A stretch of 64,000 nucleotides of DNA from Vicinamibacterales bacterium (GTDB lineage Bacteria; Acidobacteriota; Vicinamibacteria; Vicinamibacterales; UBA8438): assembly GCA_965207615.1 (NCBI GenBank), contig CBDBMZ010000003.1:3949855-4013854 (forward strand), given 5' to 3'. The notes below the pieces were generated by a model. It saw only the letters and a list, made by a program, of their open reading frames with translations. It had not been told where the DNA came from and searched no databases. Below, in pieces: positions 9,236 through 18,368 of this stretch (positions within the stretch are counted from its first letter, which is position 1; each line of letters begins with the position of its first letter). Both the position numbers and the translations under genes were made by a program.

Positions 9236-9655
9236 TCAGGCGTTCCCCGGCCGGGCAGAGAACGGGTCGAGCGTCGGCACGCCGAACGGCTGGAAGTCGC
9301 GGGCGTTCCGGGTCACCACCGTCATCCGCCGGACGATGGCGACGGCGGCGATCATCGCGTCCTGCATCTGCGTATCCGACCGCCGGTGCATCAGGGTCGC
9401 CCACGTCCGGAATGCGGCAGCGTCCATCGCCAGCACCCGGTAGCTCACGAGGACCTCTTCCAGCCACCGCTCCAGCTCTGCCGCCTTGGCGGCATCGCGT
9501 TCTCGCGTGATCTCTATCCCCGCCTGAATCTCGCCGATGGTGACCGCGGCCAGATGAAGTCGCTCGGCAGGCGTGTCTCGAATCCACGACAGGACGCCGC
9601 CGTGCGGACGGGCACGGCGCAGTTCCGAGACCACGTTCGTGTCGAGCAGGTACAC
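9236..9655 (-). CDS. vapC: PIN-domain toxin (VapC/FitB-like)
   Basis: GTG at 9655, 4 nt after the antitoxin stop. VYLLDTNVVSELRR... carries the PIN acidic residues, with a C-terminal TRNARDF block. Confidence 0.85.
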   Translation of the reverse strand: MYLLDTNVVSELRRARPHGGVLSWIRDTPAERLHLAAVTIGEIQAGIEITRERDAAKAAELERWLEEVLVSYRVLAMDAAAFRTWATLMHRRSDTQMQDAMIAAVAIVRRMTVVTRNARDFQPFGVPTLDPFSARPGNA

Positions 9656-9659
9656 CGGC

Positions 9660-9920
9660 CTACTCGAAGCGGGGCACCGGCCGGCGGCGGAGCGCGGGAC
9701 GCGGCGGTGTCAGGGCGTCGGTGCGCGCCTCGGGTGCAAGCAACAGCTCCTTGAGGTCCCGTCTGGCGGCGCGTTCGAGCCGCCGCCACTGCTCGATGGG
9801 CACCAGCACCGCCATCTCGACGCCTCGCCGAGTCACGATCTGCGGCCCGTCGGAGAGGCTGGTTTCGAGAAGCTCGCTGAACCGGGCCTTCGCGTCCTGC
9901 ACCTGCCAGCGGTTGGGCAT
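9660..9920 (-). CDS. Phd/YefM-family antitoxin
   Basis: AGGAGG RBS, then ATG 9920. The sequence MPNRWQVQDAKARFSELLE...GPQIVTRRGVEMAVLVP is typical of Phd/YefM. Confidence 0.85.
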   Translation of the reverse strand: MPNRWQVQDAKARFSELLETSLSDGPQIVTRRGVEMAVLVPIEQWRRLERAARRDLKELLLAPEARTDALTPPRPALRRRPVPRFE

Positions 9921-9941
9921 GAACCCTCCTGACCAGACAGA

Positions 9942-9971
9942 AGACTAGTCATACACGGTATCCGCAGTCAA
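9942..9971 (-). promoter_or_regulatory. Candidate sigma70-type promoter with palindromic operator for the phd-vapC pair
   Basis: The minus strand reads TTGACT-N18-TAGTCT. The 8-bp palindrome GACTAGTC (9943-9950) overlaps the -10 element. It lies about 20 nt upstream of the RBS. Confidence 0.35.
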
Positions 9972-10004
9972 GCTCTCCACCCAGGTGCAGTCCTGCGATT
10001 CCCG

Positions 10005-11348
10005 CTACATCAGGTCCGTCAGCCGGCCGGTGCTGTCGCCGATGCGCTCGCGGTGGACGTCCACCGTGTCGAGAATCGACAGCAGGAGGTTGGCCATCGG
10101 CGTGCCGTCCGGGTACTGCAGGTGACGGCCGCCCGCGAGCCGGCCGCCCGCGCCGCCGGCGAGGAGGGCCGGCAGGCGGGTGTGCGTATGCAGGTTGCCG
10201 TCGCCGATGCAGCCGCCGTAGAGCAGCGTGGTGTGGTCGAGCAGGGTTCCGTCGCCGTCGGGGGTCGACCGCAGGGTGTCGAGGAAGCGCGCGAAGAGGC
10301 TGACGTGATAGGCGTTGATCTTCGCGTGCTTCTCCACCTTGTCGGGCGCGTTCCCGTGGTGCGAGATGGCGTGGTGCGGGTCGGGAACGCCGATGTGGTT
10401 GTAGGTGCGGGTCGAGGCCTCGCGGGCGAGCATGAACGTGCTGACCCGGGTGACGTCGGCCCGGAACGCCAGCGCCTGCAGGTCGTACATCAGCTTCACG
10501 TGGTCGTCGTAGAGCTCGGGCACGCCGACCGGCATCGCCGGCAGCTCGATGTGCTCGCCGACGCGCGCCTCCATCTTCCGGACGCGCCGCTCGACCTCGC
10601 GGACGTTGTCGAGGTACTCGTCGACGCGCGAGCGGTCGGCCGCGCCAAGCCGCTCCTGGAGGCGAGCGACCTCGCCGACGATGGCGTCGAGGATGCTGCG
10701 GTCCTCGGCGAGCTGGCGCCGGCGCGCGTCGGTGCCGAGGCCCTCGCCGAAGAGCCGCTCGAAGACCACCCGGGGGTCGGTCTGCATCGGCAGCGGGGTG
10801 GTCGCGGTGCGCCAGGACAGGGTGTTGACGTAGCTGCACGAGTAGCCGATGTCGCAGCCGCCCACCGCCGTGAAGTCCTCGGCCGCGAGCTCGAGCGACC
10901 GGAGCTGGGTGTCGCGGCCGAGCACGTCGGCCGCCACCTGGTCGATGGTCTTGCCGCCGCGCACGTCGGCCCCCTCGGTGCGCTTCGGGTGCACCCCGGT
11001 CAGCCAGACCGCGCTCGCCCGCGCGTGGTCGCCCGAGCCCTCGCCCTCGGCCGCCTCCGCCGGCCGCGAGTCGAGGCCCGACAGCACCACGAGGCGGTCG
11101 CGGTGCCGCTCGAGGGGGGCGAGGATCGGCGGCAGGTCGAACGCCTTCCCCGCCGCCGACGGCGTCCACTGCTCCATGATGGCGCCGTTGGGGATGTAGG
11201 TGAAGCCGAGCCGGCGCACCGGGGCGGCCGCGGTCCGGGACATCGCCGAGAGGGCCGGCGCCATCGCGTCGAGGAGCGGCAGGGCCACCGCCGCGCCGGC
11301 GCCGCGCAGGAACGTCCGCCGGGGCAACGCCATCTTCGTGATGATCAT
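10005..11348 (-). CDS. DUF1552 domain-containing protein with twin-arginine-type signal
   Basis: ATG at 11348 (MIITKMALPRRTFLRGAGAAVALPLLDAM). It is collinear with 1227-2585 and lies downstream of the DUF1592-family gene. Confidence 0.9.
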   Translation of the reverse strand: MIITKMALPRRTFLRGAGAAVALPLLDAMAPALSAMSRTAAAPVRRLGFTYIPNGAIMEQWTPSAAGKAFDLPPILAPLERHRDRLVVLSGLDSRPAEAAEGEGSGDHARASAVWLTGVHPKRTEGADVRGGKTIDQVAADVLGRDTQLRSLELAAEDFTAVGGCDIGYSCSYVNTLSWRTATTPLPMQTDPRVVFERLFGEGLGTDARRRQLAEDRSILDAIVGEVARLQERLGAADRSRVDEYLDNVREVERRVRKMEARVGEHIELPAMPVGVPELYDDHVKLMYDLQALAFRADVTRVSTFMLAREASTRTYNHIGVPDPHHAISHHGNAPDKVEKHAKINAYHVSLFARFLDTLRSTPDGDGTLLDHTTLLYGGCIGDGNLHTHTRLPALLAGGAGGRLAGGRHLQYPDGTPMANLLLSILDTVDVHRERIGDSTGRLTDLM

Positions 11349-11598
11349 CGATGTCTCCTTGCGGAACGACCGCCTCGGGCCGCACTCTCGCTCCACGCCC
11401 CCTCCGACCTGGAAACGGTCGCCCGAGGCTCCGCCGACGTGTGCCACGACGCCGCCCCGACCAACTCGCCGGGCGCCCTCGCGGGGACCGGGGCGCGGCC
11501 CCGAAACCGCCGCCCGACGACTCCGCCGCCGACCTGCGGCGCCACCGATCCAATCGTCGCCGCGTGGCGTCCGAGCACCGCTCCGGCGGCACGAGCGG

Positions 11599-14052
11599 CT
11601 ACGGGCCGGCGTCGGCCACGGCCGCCGCGTCCGCGCCCGGCCGCTTCATCTTCATCCGGAACGGGTCGCTCAGCACGATGCCGGTGACGAGGGCCGACAG
11701 CCGGTAGCCGTCGGGCGCCGCCTCCCGCACGATGCGGCGCACCACCGGCGCATCATGGTACGTCAACCCGCGCCCGACCGCATAGGTCAGCAACTTGCGG
11801 GTCAGGGTCCGCACGAACGTGTCGGGCCGCCGCAGCATCGCCTCGCGCAGCTCGACGGGGCCGGCGAACGCGGTCCCGTCGGGCAGGGTGTCCGACGCGT
11901 CGACGGCGGCGCCGTCGGCCCCGAAGGCGCGCCACCGCCCGATGGCGTCGAAGTTCTCGAGCCCGAAGCCGTAGGGGTCCATCCGCGCGTGGCAGCTCGC
12001 GCAGGCGGGGTTCGCGCGGTGCCGCTCGAGCCGCTCGCGGACCGAGAGCCCCTCGGCGCTCCCCGCGTCCTCGAGGTCGGGCACGTCGGGCGGCGGAGGC
12101 GGGGGCGGGGCGCCGAGCAGGTTCTCGAGAATCCACTTCCCGCGCAGCACCGGCGACGTCCGCGTGGCGTACGAGGTCACCGTCAACAGGCTGCCGTGCC
12201 CGAGGAGGCCGCGGCGCGCGGGGTCGGCCACCGGCACCCGGCGGAACCGGTCGCCGTAGATGCCGGACAGGCCGTAGTGGCGCGCGAGCCGCTCGTTCAC
12301 GAAGGTGTAGTCGGCCGTCAGCAGCTCGAGGGCGCCGCGGTCCTCGCGCAGCAGGCTCTCGAAGAACAGCTCCGTCTCGCGGCGCAGCGCCCGCCGCAGG
12401 TTGTCGTCGAAGTCGGGAAAGGTCGGGGGGTCGGGGGTCGTCTGGTCGAGGTTGCGCAGGTAGAGCCACTGGCCGGCGAAGTTCTCCACGAGGGCCGCCG
12501 CCCGCGGGTCGGCGAGCATCCGCCGCACCTGCCGCGCGAGCCCGTCGCGGTCGTCGAGCCGGCCCTCTTCCGCCGCCGCGAGCAGCGCCTCGTCGGGGAT
12601 GCTGCTCCAGAGGAAGAACGACAGCCGCGACGCGAGGTCGAAGCCGGTCAGGGGGTAGGCCTCGCCGGGAGCCACCGCCGCCGGCTCGGCCTCGAGCCGG
12701 AAGATGAACTGCGGGCTGGCCAGGAGATAGCGGAGAGCGAGCTCGATGCCCGCCTCGAAGCCGCCGTCGGCGCGGCCGGCCCGGTGGAAGTCGAGCAGCC
12801 GGTCGAGCTCGGGCGGCTCCAGGGGCCGGCGGAACGCGAGCCGCCCCAGCCGCGCGAGGATGTCGCGCGCGCACGCCGGCTCGGCCGCGGCATCGTCGGG
12901 GCGGCAGGTGAAGATGCGGGCCCGGCTCGGGGTCTCGTCGGGGCGGGCGGGCTCGAACGGGCCCGCGATGACCAGCCGGTCGACGTCGGGGAGCCCCCGC
13001 CGGCTGTTGGCCGAGACGTAGCTCCGCAGGAACGGCCGGGTGGTCTGCTCGGACAGCGCGGCGGGCCGGCCCACGAACGCGGCGACGAGGGTGTGATGGC
13101 CGGCGGCGATCGGCATCCGCACCCGCATCGGCTCGTCCGCGGTGAACGCCGGGCTCACCCCGAGACCCGCGTTCCCGCCGCCGTCCGGGCGCCGGTAGGC
13201 GTCGGGACCGCCGACGGGAAAGCGCCCGATGCGCTCGCCGTCGAGGCTCAGCTCGACGACGTGCTCCTCCCCGATGCCGCGGATCGAGCCGCCGGCGCCG
13301 CGCCGGAGCCGGACCCGGATCTCGTAATCGGCGTCGACCGGGAAGTAGCGGTCGACGCGAATCCCGCCCCGGGTGCCCAGCGGCAGGTCGCGCAGGTGGT
13401 AGTCCTGGGTCAGGTCGATGGGCGTCTTCCAGGTCTCGGTCGCCGGCGCGAGGGCGGGGCTGCCGACGGCGAGCCGGGCGACCTTCCGGGCCGTCGTCAC
13501 GTAGCTCTCCAGCAGCAGGGGCGAGGTGCCCAGCGCGTCGGCGATGTTGTCGAACCCGTAGGTCGCGTCGTCGGCGGGCAGGGCGCCGACATCGGGGTCG
13601 ACGGCCAGCAGATCGCGCACCGCGTTCCTGTACTCGGTCCGGTTCATCCGGTGCAGCAGGGGCCGCCCCGGATCCGGCCGCGCCGCCGCGGCGCGGTCGA
13701 GCGCCGTCTCGAGCCACCCCGCCGCCGCCTCGTAGGCCGCCTCGTCGGGCCGGGGCCGGGGCATCGGCGGCATCGTCCGGGTGCGGAGCCGCCCGACGAC
13801 CTTCTCCCACACCTCGGGCCGCGCCTCGGGGTGGGCGGCGTCCAGCTCGTCGAGGGCGAGCCCCGCCGTGCGCAGCCGGCGGTTGTGGCAGGCGAGGCAG
13901 TAGCGCTCTATCACCGCCGTCGCATCGGCAGCGGCCACGCCCGCCGGGGCCGGCTCCGGGGCCTGGGCCGCGAAGATGGGCGACGCGACCCCCATGGCGA
14001 CCACCGCCGGCAGCCACCACCCGCCACGGCACCGACGTCGTCGGGTTCTCAC
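11599..14052 (-). CDS. DUF1592/DUF1595/DUF1587/DUF1588/DUF1585-family protein with a cytochrome-c CxxCH motif
   Basis: GGAGG RBS, then GTG 14052 and a signal-like VRTRRRRCRGGWWLPAVVAMGVASPIFAAQA. A heme-binding motif sits in IERYCLACHN. The C-terminus matches the partial gene at 1-1032. Confidence 0.9.
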   Translation of the reverse strand: MRTRRRRCRGGWWLPAVVAMGVASPIFAAQAPEPAPAGVAAADATAVIERYCLACHNRRLRTAGLALDELDAAHPEARPEVWEKVVGRLRTRTMPPMPRPRPDEAAYEAAAGWLETALDRAAAARPDPGRPLLHRMNRTEYRNAVRDLLAVDPDVGALPADDATYGFDNIADALGTSPLLLESYVTTARKVARLAVGSPALAPATETWKTPIDLTQDYHLRDLPLGTRGGIRVDRYFPVDADYEIRVRLRRGAGGSIRGIGEEHVVELSLDGERIGRFPVGGPDAYRRPDGGGNAGLGVSPAFTADEPMRVRMPIAAGHHTLVAAFVGRPAALSEQTTRPFLRSYVSANSRRGLPDVDRLVIAGPFEPARPDETPSRARIFTCRPDDAAAEPACARDILARLGRLAFRRPLEPPELDRLLDFHRAGRADGGFEAGIELALRYLLASPQFIFRLEAEPAAVAPGEAYPLTGFDLASRLSFFLWSSIPDEALLAAAEEGRLDDRDGLARQVRRMLADPRAAALVENFAGQWLYLRNLDQTTPDPPTFPDFDDNLRRALRRETELFFESLLREDRGALELLTADYTFVNERLARHYGLSGIYGDRFRRVPVADPARRGLLGHGSLLTVTSYATRTSPVLRGKWILENLLGAPPPPPPPDVPDLEDAGSAEGLSVRERLERHRANPACASCHARMDPYGFGLENFDAIGRWRAFGADGAAVDASDTLPDGTAFAGPVELREAMLRRPDTFVRTLTRKLLTYAVGRGLTYHDAPVVRRIVREAAPDGYRLSALVTGIVLSDPFRMKMKRPGADAAAVADAGP

Positions 14053-14184
14053 GCCACACCTCCGAGGCGAACGATCATGGCCGGGGCGAGGACGCCGGCG
14101 GAGAGTGCCTTGCCGTGCACCCGGGCCGGGACTCACGAGCTCGACCTCGCAATCCACACCGGTCAACGCGCCTGCCGGACGGAC

Positions 14185-14290
14185 GACGCAACCGTGTCCG
14201 ACCGGCTGGACCGGGCGCCGGGCGGTCGCGGCAACGCCACCGAGCGGTCGCGGCGAATCAGGCCGGCGACGTGGTCGAAAGGCCCGGAAC
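14185..14290 (-). repeat. Degenerate duplicate of the 3' end of the ankyrin gene
   Basis: About 100 nt align with 14372-14475 (shared core CCGAGCGGTCGCGGCGAATCAGGC). The translated remnant FDHVAGLIRRDRSVAL...SSRSDTVA matches the gene end FNQVASLIRRDRSAAL...SSRSDEVAGP. Confidence 0.5.
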
Positions 14291-14359
14291 GCCGACCTGC
14301 AAGGCGGCCGAAGTCAATCGCCCCCACGCCGCGCCTCCGGGGCACACGCCGCCGCCGCG

Positions 14360-15856
14360 CTACGGGCCGGCAACCTCGTCCGACCGACTGGACTTCGCCC
14401 CGAGCGAGCGCAGCAGCGCCGCCGAGCGGTCGCGGCGAATCAGGCTCGCGACTTGGTTGAAGCCCCGCTCGGCCAGATCGAGTGCGGTCCGGTCCAGCTC
14501 GTCCGCGAAGTCCATGCGGGCCCCGGCGTCGACGAGATGGCGGATGATCGTGTCCGCCGCCCGGTACACCGCGCCGTGCAGCGCGGTCTGGCCGTTGGCG
14601 TTGCCGGCGTTGACGTCCACCCCCGCGTCGAGGGCCAGCCTGACCGCCGCGAGGGCCTCCGACTCGGGCCGGAAGCGCCGCGACCCCTCGACGTGCCCCA
14701 CCCCGGCCGCCAGCATCACCGCGGTGTTGTTGGCGTAGGTCGCGAGCCGCGGGTCGGCCCCGCGCTCGGCGAGCCGGCGCATCGCCATGACGTCGGCGGC
14801 CTGGGCCGCGAGCAGGTACGGGGTGGCGCCGCCCAGGTTGACCCGGTTGTCCATGAACGGGCGACCGGCGCTGAAGATGCCCTCGTCGGTCCACCGCTCG
14901 TGGCGGATGGGCACGGGCTCGGTCCGCGCGTCGGGGTCGGCGCCCGCCGCGAGCAGCCGGTCCATCAGCTCGAGGCTCGACAGCTGGGTCGGGTCCTCGC
15001 GGTTGAACGCCACGAACTGGTTCCCGAGGTGGCGGGCGGGCGAGCGCGACGCCACGAGGTCGTGCAGCGCGGTGTTGCCCCGCCGGTCCCGCGCCGTGGC
15101 GTCGGCGCCCGCCGCCAGCAGCAGCCCCGCCACCGTGTAGTGCCGGTTGGCGATGGCCACCCGCAGCGCGGTCTGCCCGTTGGGGGCGGCGACCCCGGGG
15201 TCGGCCCCCGCGGAGAGGAGGAGGCGGACCGCCGCCTGCGCGTCCTGCCGTACCGCGAACAGCAGGGCCGTGAACCCGCCCGTGGACGCGGTGTCGACAC
15301 CGGCGCCGGCTTCCAGCAGCTCGCCGAGCACCGCGGCGTGGTTCTCGGCCGCCGCCCACATCAGCGCCGTCTGCCCCCGCCACGCATCCACCGCATCGAC
15401 CTCGGCGCCGTGGGCGAGCAGCGCCCGCACCGCGCGGGTGTCGCCGGTCCGCGCGCAGGTCAGCAGCGGCGGCTCGCCCACGGGAGCGAGGCCCGGATCG
15501 GCACCGGCCTGCAGGAGTCGGATGACGAGATCGGGGCCCGTTCCCCGTCCGGACCCGGCGTTCGCGCACGCCATGCCGAGAGGCGTGGCGCCGTTGCGGT
15601 TGGCGGCGTTGGGGTCGGCGCCGGCCGCGAGCAGCAGCGCCGCGAGCTCCGAGTCGTTGCGGTACGCGGACCAGTGGAGGGCGGTGGTGTCGTCGGCGGC
15701 GCGTTCGTCGACGTCGGCACCGGCCCGGAGGAGGCGGGCCACCGCGGCTTGGTCGCCGGCCTGCGCCGCGTCGGGCAACCGGCTCTCGCTCGCGCCCGCC
15801 GCACCGGCCGGCAGCACAAACGCCAACGCCAACGTCGCGATTCGCGGCATCCGCAT
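14360..15856 (-). CDS. Secreted ankyrin-repeat protein
   Basis: ATG at 15856 with signal peptide MRMPRIATLALAFVLPAGAAGA. More than 10 ANK-like units follow (G.TALH.A......LL.AGAD). Confidence 0.85.
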   Translation of the reverse strand: MRMPRIATLALAFVLPAGAAGASESRLPDAAQAGDQAAVARLLRAGADVDERAADDTTALHWSAYRNDSELAALLLAAGADPNAANRNGATPLGMACANAGSGRGTGPDLVIRLLQAGADPGLAPVGEPPLLTCARTGDTRAVRALLAHGAEVDAVDAWRGQTALMWAAAENHAAVLGELLEAGAGVDTASTGGFTALLFAVRQDAQAAVRLLLSAGADPGVAAPNGQTALRVAIANRHYTVAGLLLAAGADATARDRRGNTALHDLVASRSPARHLGNQFVAFNREDPTQLSSLELMDRLLAAGADPDARTEPVPIRHERWTDEGIFSAGRPFMDNRVNLGGATPYLLAAQAADVMAMRRLAERGADPRLATYANNTAVMLAAGVGHVEGSRRFRPESEALAAVRLALDAGVDVNAGNANGQTALHGAVYRAADTIIRHLVDAGARMDFADELDRTALDLAERGFNQVASLIRRDRSAALLRSLGAKSSRSDEVAGP

Positions 15857-16110
15857 GTCTCGGCTCCGAGATCGGCGACACCCGGGGCTCGGTCTCCGGG
15901 TGGAAAAACACGCGTCTGCGGCGCGGCCCGGCCGCTTCCGCCTTTCCTGTCGACCGGCGATTGGTGACGATAATCGCACGCGCGGGAGCGCGGGACAAGA
16001 CCGCTGTGGCCCGGAAAGCCCGCGGCGGGTTCCCGGCCGCGAGGTCCCGGCCGATTCACGCGGTCATCACCCGAGCGTCGACCACGGACGAGGCGGCGGG
16101 TTCCCGGCCG

Positions 16111-16193
16111 CCAGGAGTCTGCGCCGTAGAACGATGCAGACTCCTGGCAGGGTTGGTTGGGCGCCCAGCGCAGCCGAAGGCGACGATGGGCGG
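16111..16193 (-). repeat. Structured ~84-nt interspersed repeat, copy 2 (reverse orientation)
   Basis: The plus strand reads CCAGGAGTCTGC...GCAGACTCCTGGCAGGGTTGGTTGGGCGCCCAGCGCAGCCGAAGGCGACGATGGGCGG. This is the reverse complement of the consensus seen at 6886 and 29245. Confidence 0.7.
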
Positions 16194-16371
16194 TGCTGGC
16201 TCCCGGCCGATTCCAGGAAGCTGAAGCCCTCGTTTCCGGTGCCCGCCCCGGCGCTCGTCGCCCCGGAGGAGACGAACACGAGCCCCGTCCGATGTGCCCG
16301 ATGGTGGCGAACCGGCCCGACACGCCCTTCCCCGAGCCCCGGTTGCGGGCTCGTACCGCACGCACTTTTTC

Positions 16372-16407
16372 GTAGACATACTACCCAAAATTGAGTAGCC
16401 TATCTAC
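16372..16407 (+). promoter_or_regulatory. Candidate PadR operator (imperfect 13-bp inverted repeat abutting the start codon)
   Basis: GTAGACATACTAC-N10-GTAGCCTATCTAC matches at 10 of 13 positions as an inverted repeat. It ends 1 nt before ATG 16408, and no Shine-Dalgarno sequence is visible. Confidence 0.35.
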
Positions 16408-16770
16408 ATGACCACAGCCTCCGCGAGCAACCGGATCGAGCTGCTCTACGGCACCCTCGACCTGCTCATCCTGCGCACCCTCCTGTACGGGCCCTCGCAC
16501 GGCCACGCCATCGCCAAGCACATCCAGCGCGTCTCGGAAAACGCCCTGCAGATCGAGACGGGTTCGCTCTACCCCGCCCTGCACAAGCTCGAAGGGCGCG
16601 GCTGGATCGCGGCGGAGTGGAAGAAGTCGGACAAGGGCAAGCGCGCCCGCTACTACCGGCTCACCCCGACCGGCCGCGAGCACCTCACGGCGCAGCAGTC
16701 GCGCTGGGAGCAGTTGTCGGTGGCCATGGCGCGGGTGCTGCAGCCGGCAGAGCAGGAGTCGGGGCCCTAG
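16408..16770 (+). CDS. PadR-family transcriptional regulator
   Basis: LLYGTLDLLILRTLLYGPSHGHAIAKHI...GSLYPALHKLEGRGWI...RYYRLTPTGR is the canonical PadR winged helix. Confidence 0.9.
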   Translation: MTTASASNRIELLYGTLDLLILRTLLYGPSHGHAIAKHIQRVSENALQIETGSLYPALHKLEGRGWIAAEWKKSDKGKRARYYRLTPTGREHLTAQQSRWEQLSVAMARVLQPAEQESGP

Positions 16771-16772
16771 GA

Positions 16773-17144
16773 GTCCGCTCGTGGACCATCGGCACCGGCC
16801 TGTTCGGCGCCGCCGCCCTGCTCGCCCTGCTGCTCGCCGCCCTCGGGCTCTACGCGATCACCGTCTTCGGCGTGCGTCGGCGCGAGCTCGAGTTCGGCAT
16901 CCGGCGCGCCCTCGCCGCCCAGGCGTGGGACCTCCTCCGCCTGGTCCTCGCGCGCGGCCTCTCGTTGACCGTGATCGGCATCGTCACCGGCGGCCTGGCC
17001 GCGCTCTCGGCCGGCCGCTTCGTCGCGCCGCTGCTCTTCGAGGGCAGCAGCCCCCCCGACCCCCTGGCCCTGACCACCGCCGCCCTCGTGCTGGTGACGG
17101 CGGCCCTCGCCGCCTCGTTCCTCCCGGCGCGCCGCGCCGCCTAG
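16773..17144 (+). pseudogene. C-terminal remnant (last FtsX module only) of an ADOP/MacB-type permease
   Basis: It starts right after the PadR stop and has no start codon. WTIGTGLFGAAALLALLLAALGLYAITVFGVRRRELEFGIRRALAA...FLPARRAA aligns with the last ~120 aa of the permeases at 21837-24248 and 58621-61331. Confidence 0.6.
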
Positions 17145-17250
17145 GCCGATCCGCGCCAGGCCCTGCAGGTGGAGTAGCCACGCGCTGCTCTACTGGAGAC
17201 GCGGGCGAGACGCGGCGCCGTCCGCCGTCCGTTCGAGGCGCCGCCACCGG

Positions 17251-17520
17251 TCATTTCCGCAGTTGGAGCTTGCGCGCGAGCTCTTCGTCTTCGAGGCGGT
17301 CGGCGAGCTGAAGCGCCTTGTCGAGATCGCAGGCTCCGACGACCGGACCCAGGGCGACCGGCTCGAGACGATACGGCTTGGGGCAGGTGGCGATCCGGTT
17401 GTTCGCGATGCCCGCTCGCAGGGCTTCATTCACGACAGCACCAAGGGACCTGCCGGAACGATGGGCGATCTCCCGAAGTTGCGCCGCGACGCGGTCGTCG
17501 ATCGTCAGGGTGGTTCTCAT
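17251..17520 (-). CDS. VapB-type (RHH-like) antitoxin, orphan
   Basis: GGAGA RBS, then ATG 17520. MRTTLTIDDRVAAQLREIAHRSGRSLGAVVNEALR is typical of VapB-family antitoxins. Only ~100 nt follow before the next feature, and they hold no PIN-like ORF. Confidence 0.7.
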   Translation of the reverse strand: MRTTLTIDDRVAAQLREIAHRSGRSLGAVVNEALRAGIANNRIATCPKPYRLEPVALGPVVGACDLDKALQLADRLEDEELARKLQLRK

Positions 17521-17606
17521 GTCTCTCCGTGCGCCAGACAGTCACCCTATCACCACAAGGTGAGACATCAATGCGTCACGGCGGCAGTCACTCGTCCGGG
17601 AATCCC

Positions 17607-18368
17607 TCAGCACGGCCGGCGCCCCACGAACATCTCGTGCCGGCCCGGCTCCACGCCGGAGACCACGAGCGGCAGGCAGCGGGGCTCGAAGCCGACCTCG
17701 GTCAGGAGGTCCAGCCAGCGGCCGCGCGCGAACAGGCCCTCGACGTGCCGCTCGTGCACGCAGCGGACCGACCCGTCGCGCTCGCGCAGCAGGAACGCGA
17801 AGTCGGCGAAGTACTCCGTATCGGCGGGATCGGGGTCCCAGACCCACTCCAGGTAGCGCAACCCGCGCGCGCGCCCGCCGCCGGATCCGGAGGGCGGCGG
17901 CTCGTCGCAACCGCCCGTGGACGCCGCGGCCCGGAAGCTCTCGCGCACGTAGTCCGGCTGGAACAACACGGCGCCGCCGGGGCGGCAGTGCGCCCACGCG
18001 GTCTCCATGGCTCGCCGCAGGTCGGCCTCGGTCGTCATGTAGCAGACGGCGTCGTGGACGAAGACGGCGTCGAACGACCGGCCCAGGCGCAGGGTGCGCA
18101 TGTCGCCGACCCGGTGCTCGCACTCGGGGTTGAGGGCGCGGCTGACCGCGAGCATCTCGGGCGACAAGTCGGTGAGCAGCAGGCGGGGGAACCGCCGCTT
18201 CAGGTGCAGGGCGGTGTTCCCGCCCCCGCAGCCCAGCTCCAGCAGGGACTGGATGGGGCCGTCGCACGCCTCCTGCAGCCGGTCGGCGTAGACGCCGGCC
18301 TCCTCGGCGTAGTCGGCCGGGTCGTCGACGAGCGGCCACCACTCCGCGAGCTCGCGGTAGAGACGCAT
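17607..18368 (-). CDS. Class I SAM-dependent methyltransferase (TylM1/DesVI-like by eye)
   Basis: ATG at 18368. Motif I is LLELGCGGGNTALHL. Downstream blocks are GDMRTLRLGRSFDAVF and PGGAVLFQPDY. Confidence 0.85.
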   Translation of the reverse strand: MRLYRELAEWWPLVDDPADYAEEAGVYADRLQEACDGPIQSLLELGCGGGNTALHLKRRFPRLLLTDLSPEMLAVSRALNPECEHRVGDMRTLRLGRSFDAVFVHDAVCYMTTEADLRRAMETAWAHCRPGGAVLFQPDYVRESFRAAASTGGCDEPPPSGSGGGRARGLRYLEWVWDPDPADTEYFADFAFLLRERDGSVRCVHERHVEGLFARGRWLDLLTEVGFEPRCLPLVVSGVEPGRHEMFVGRRPC

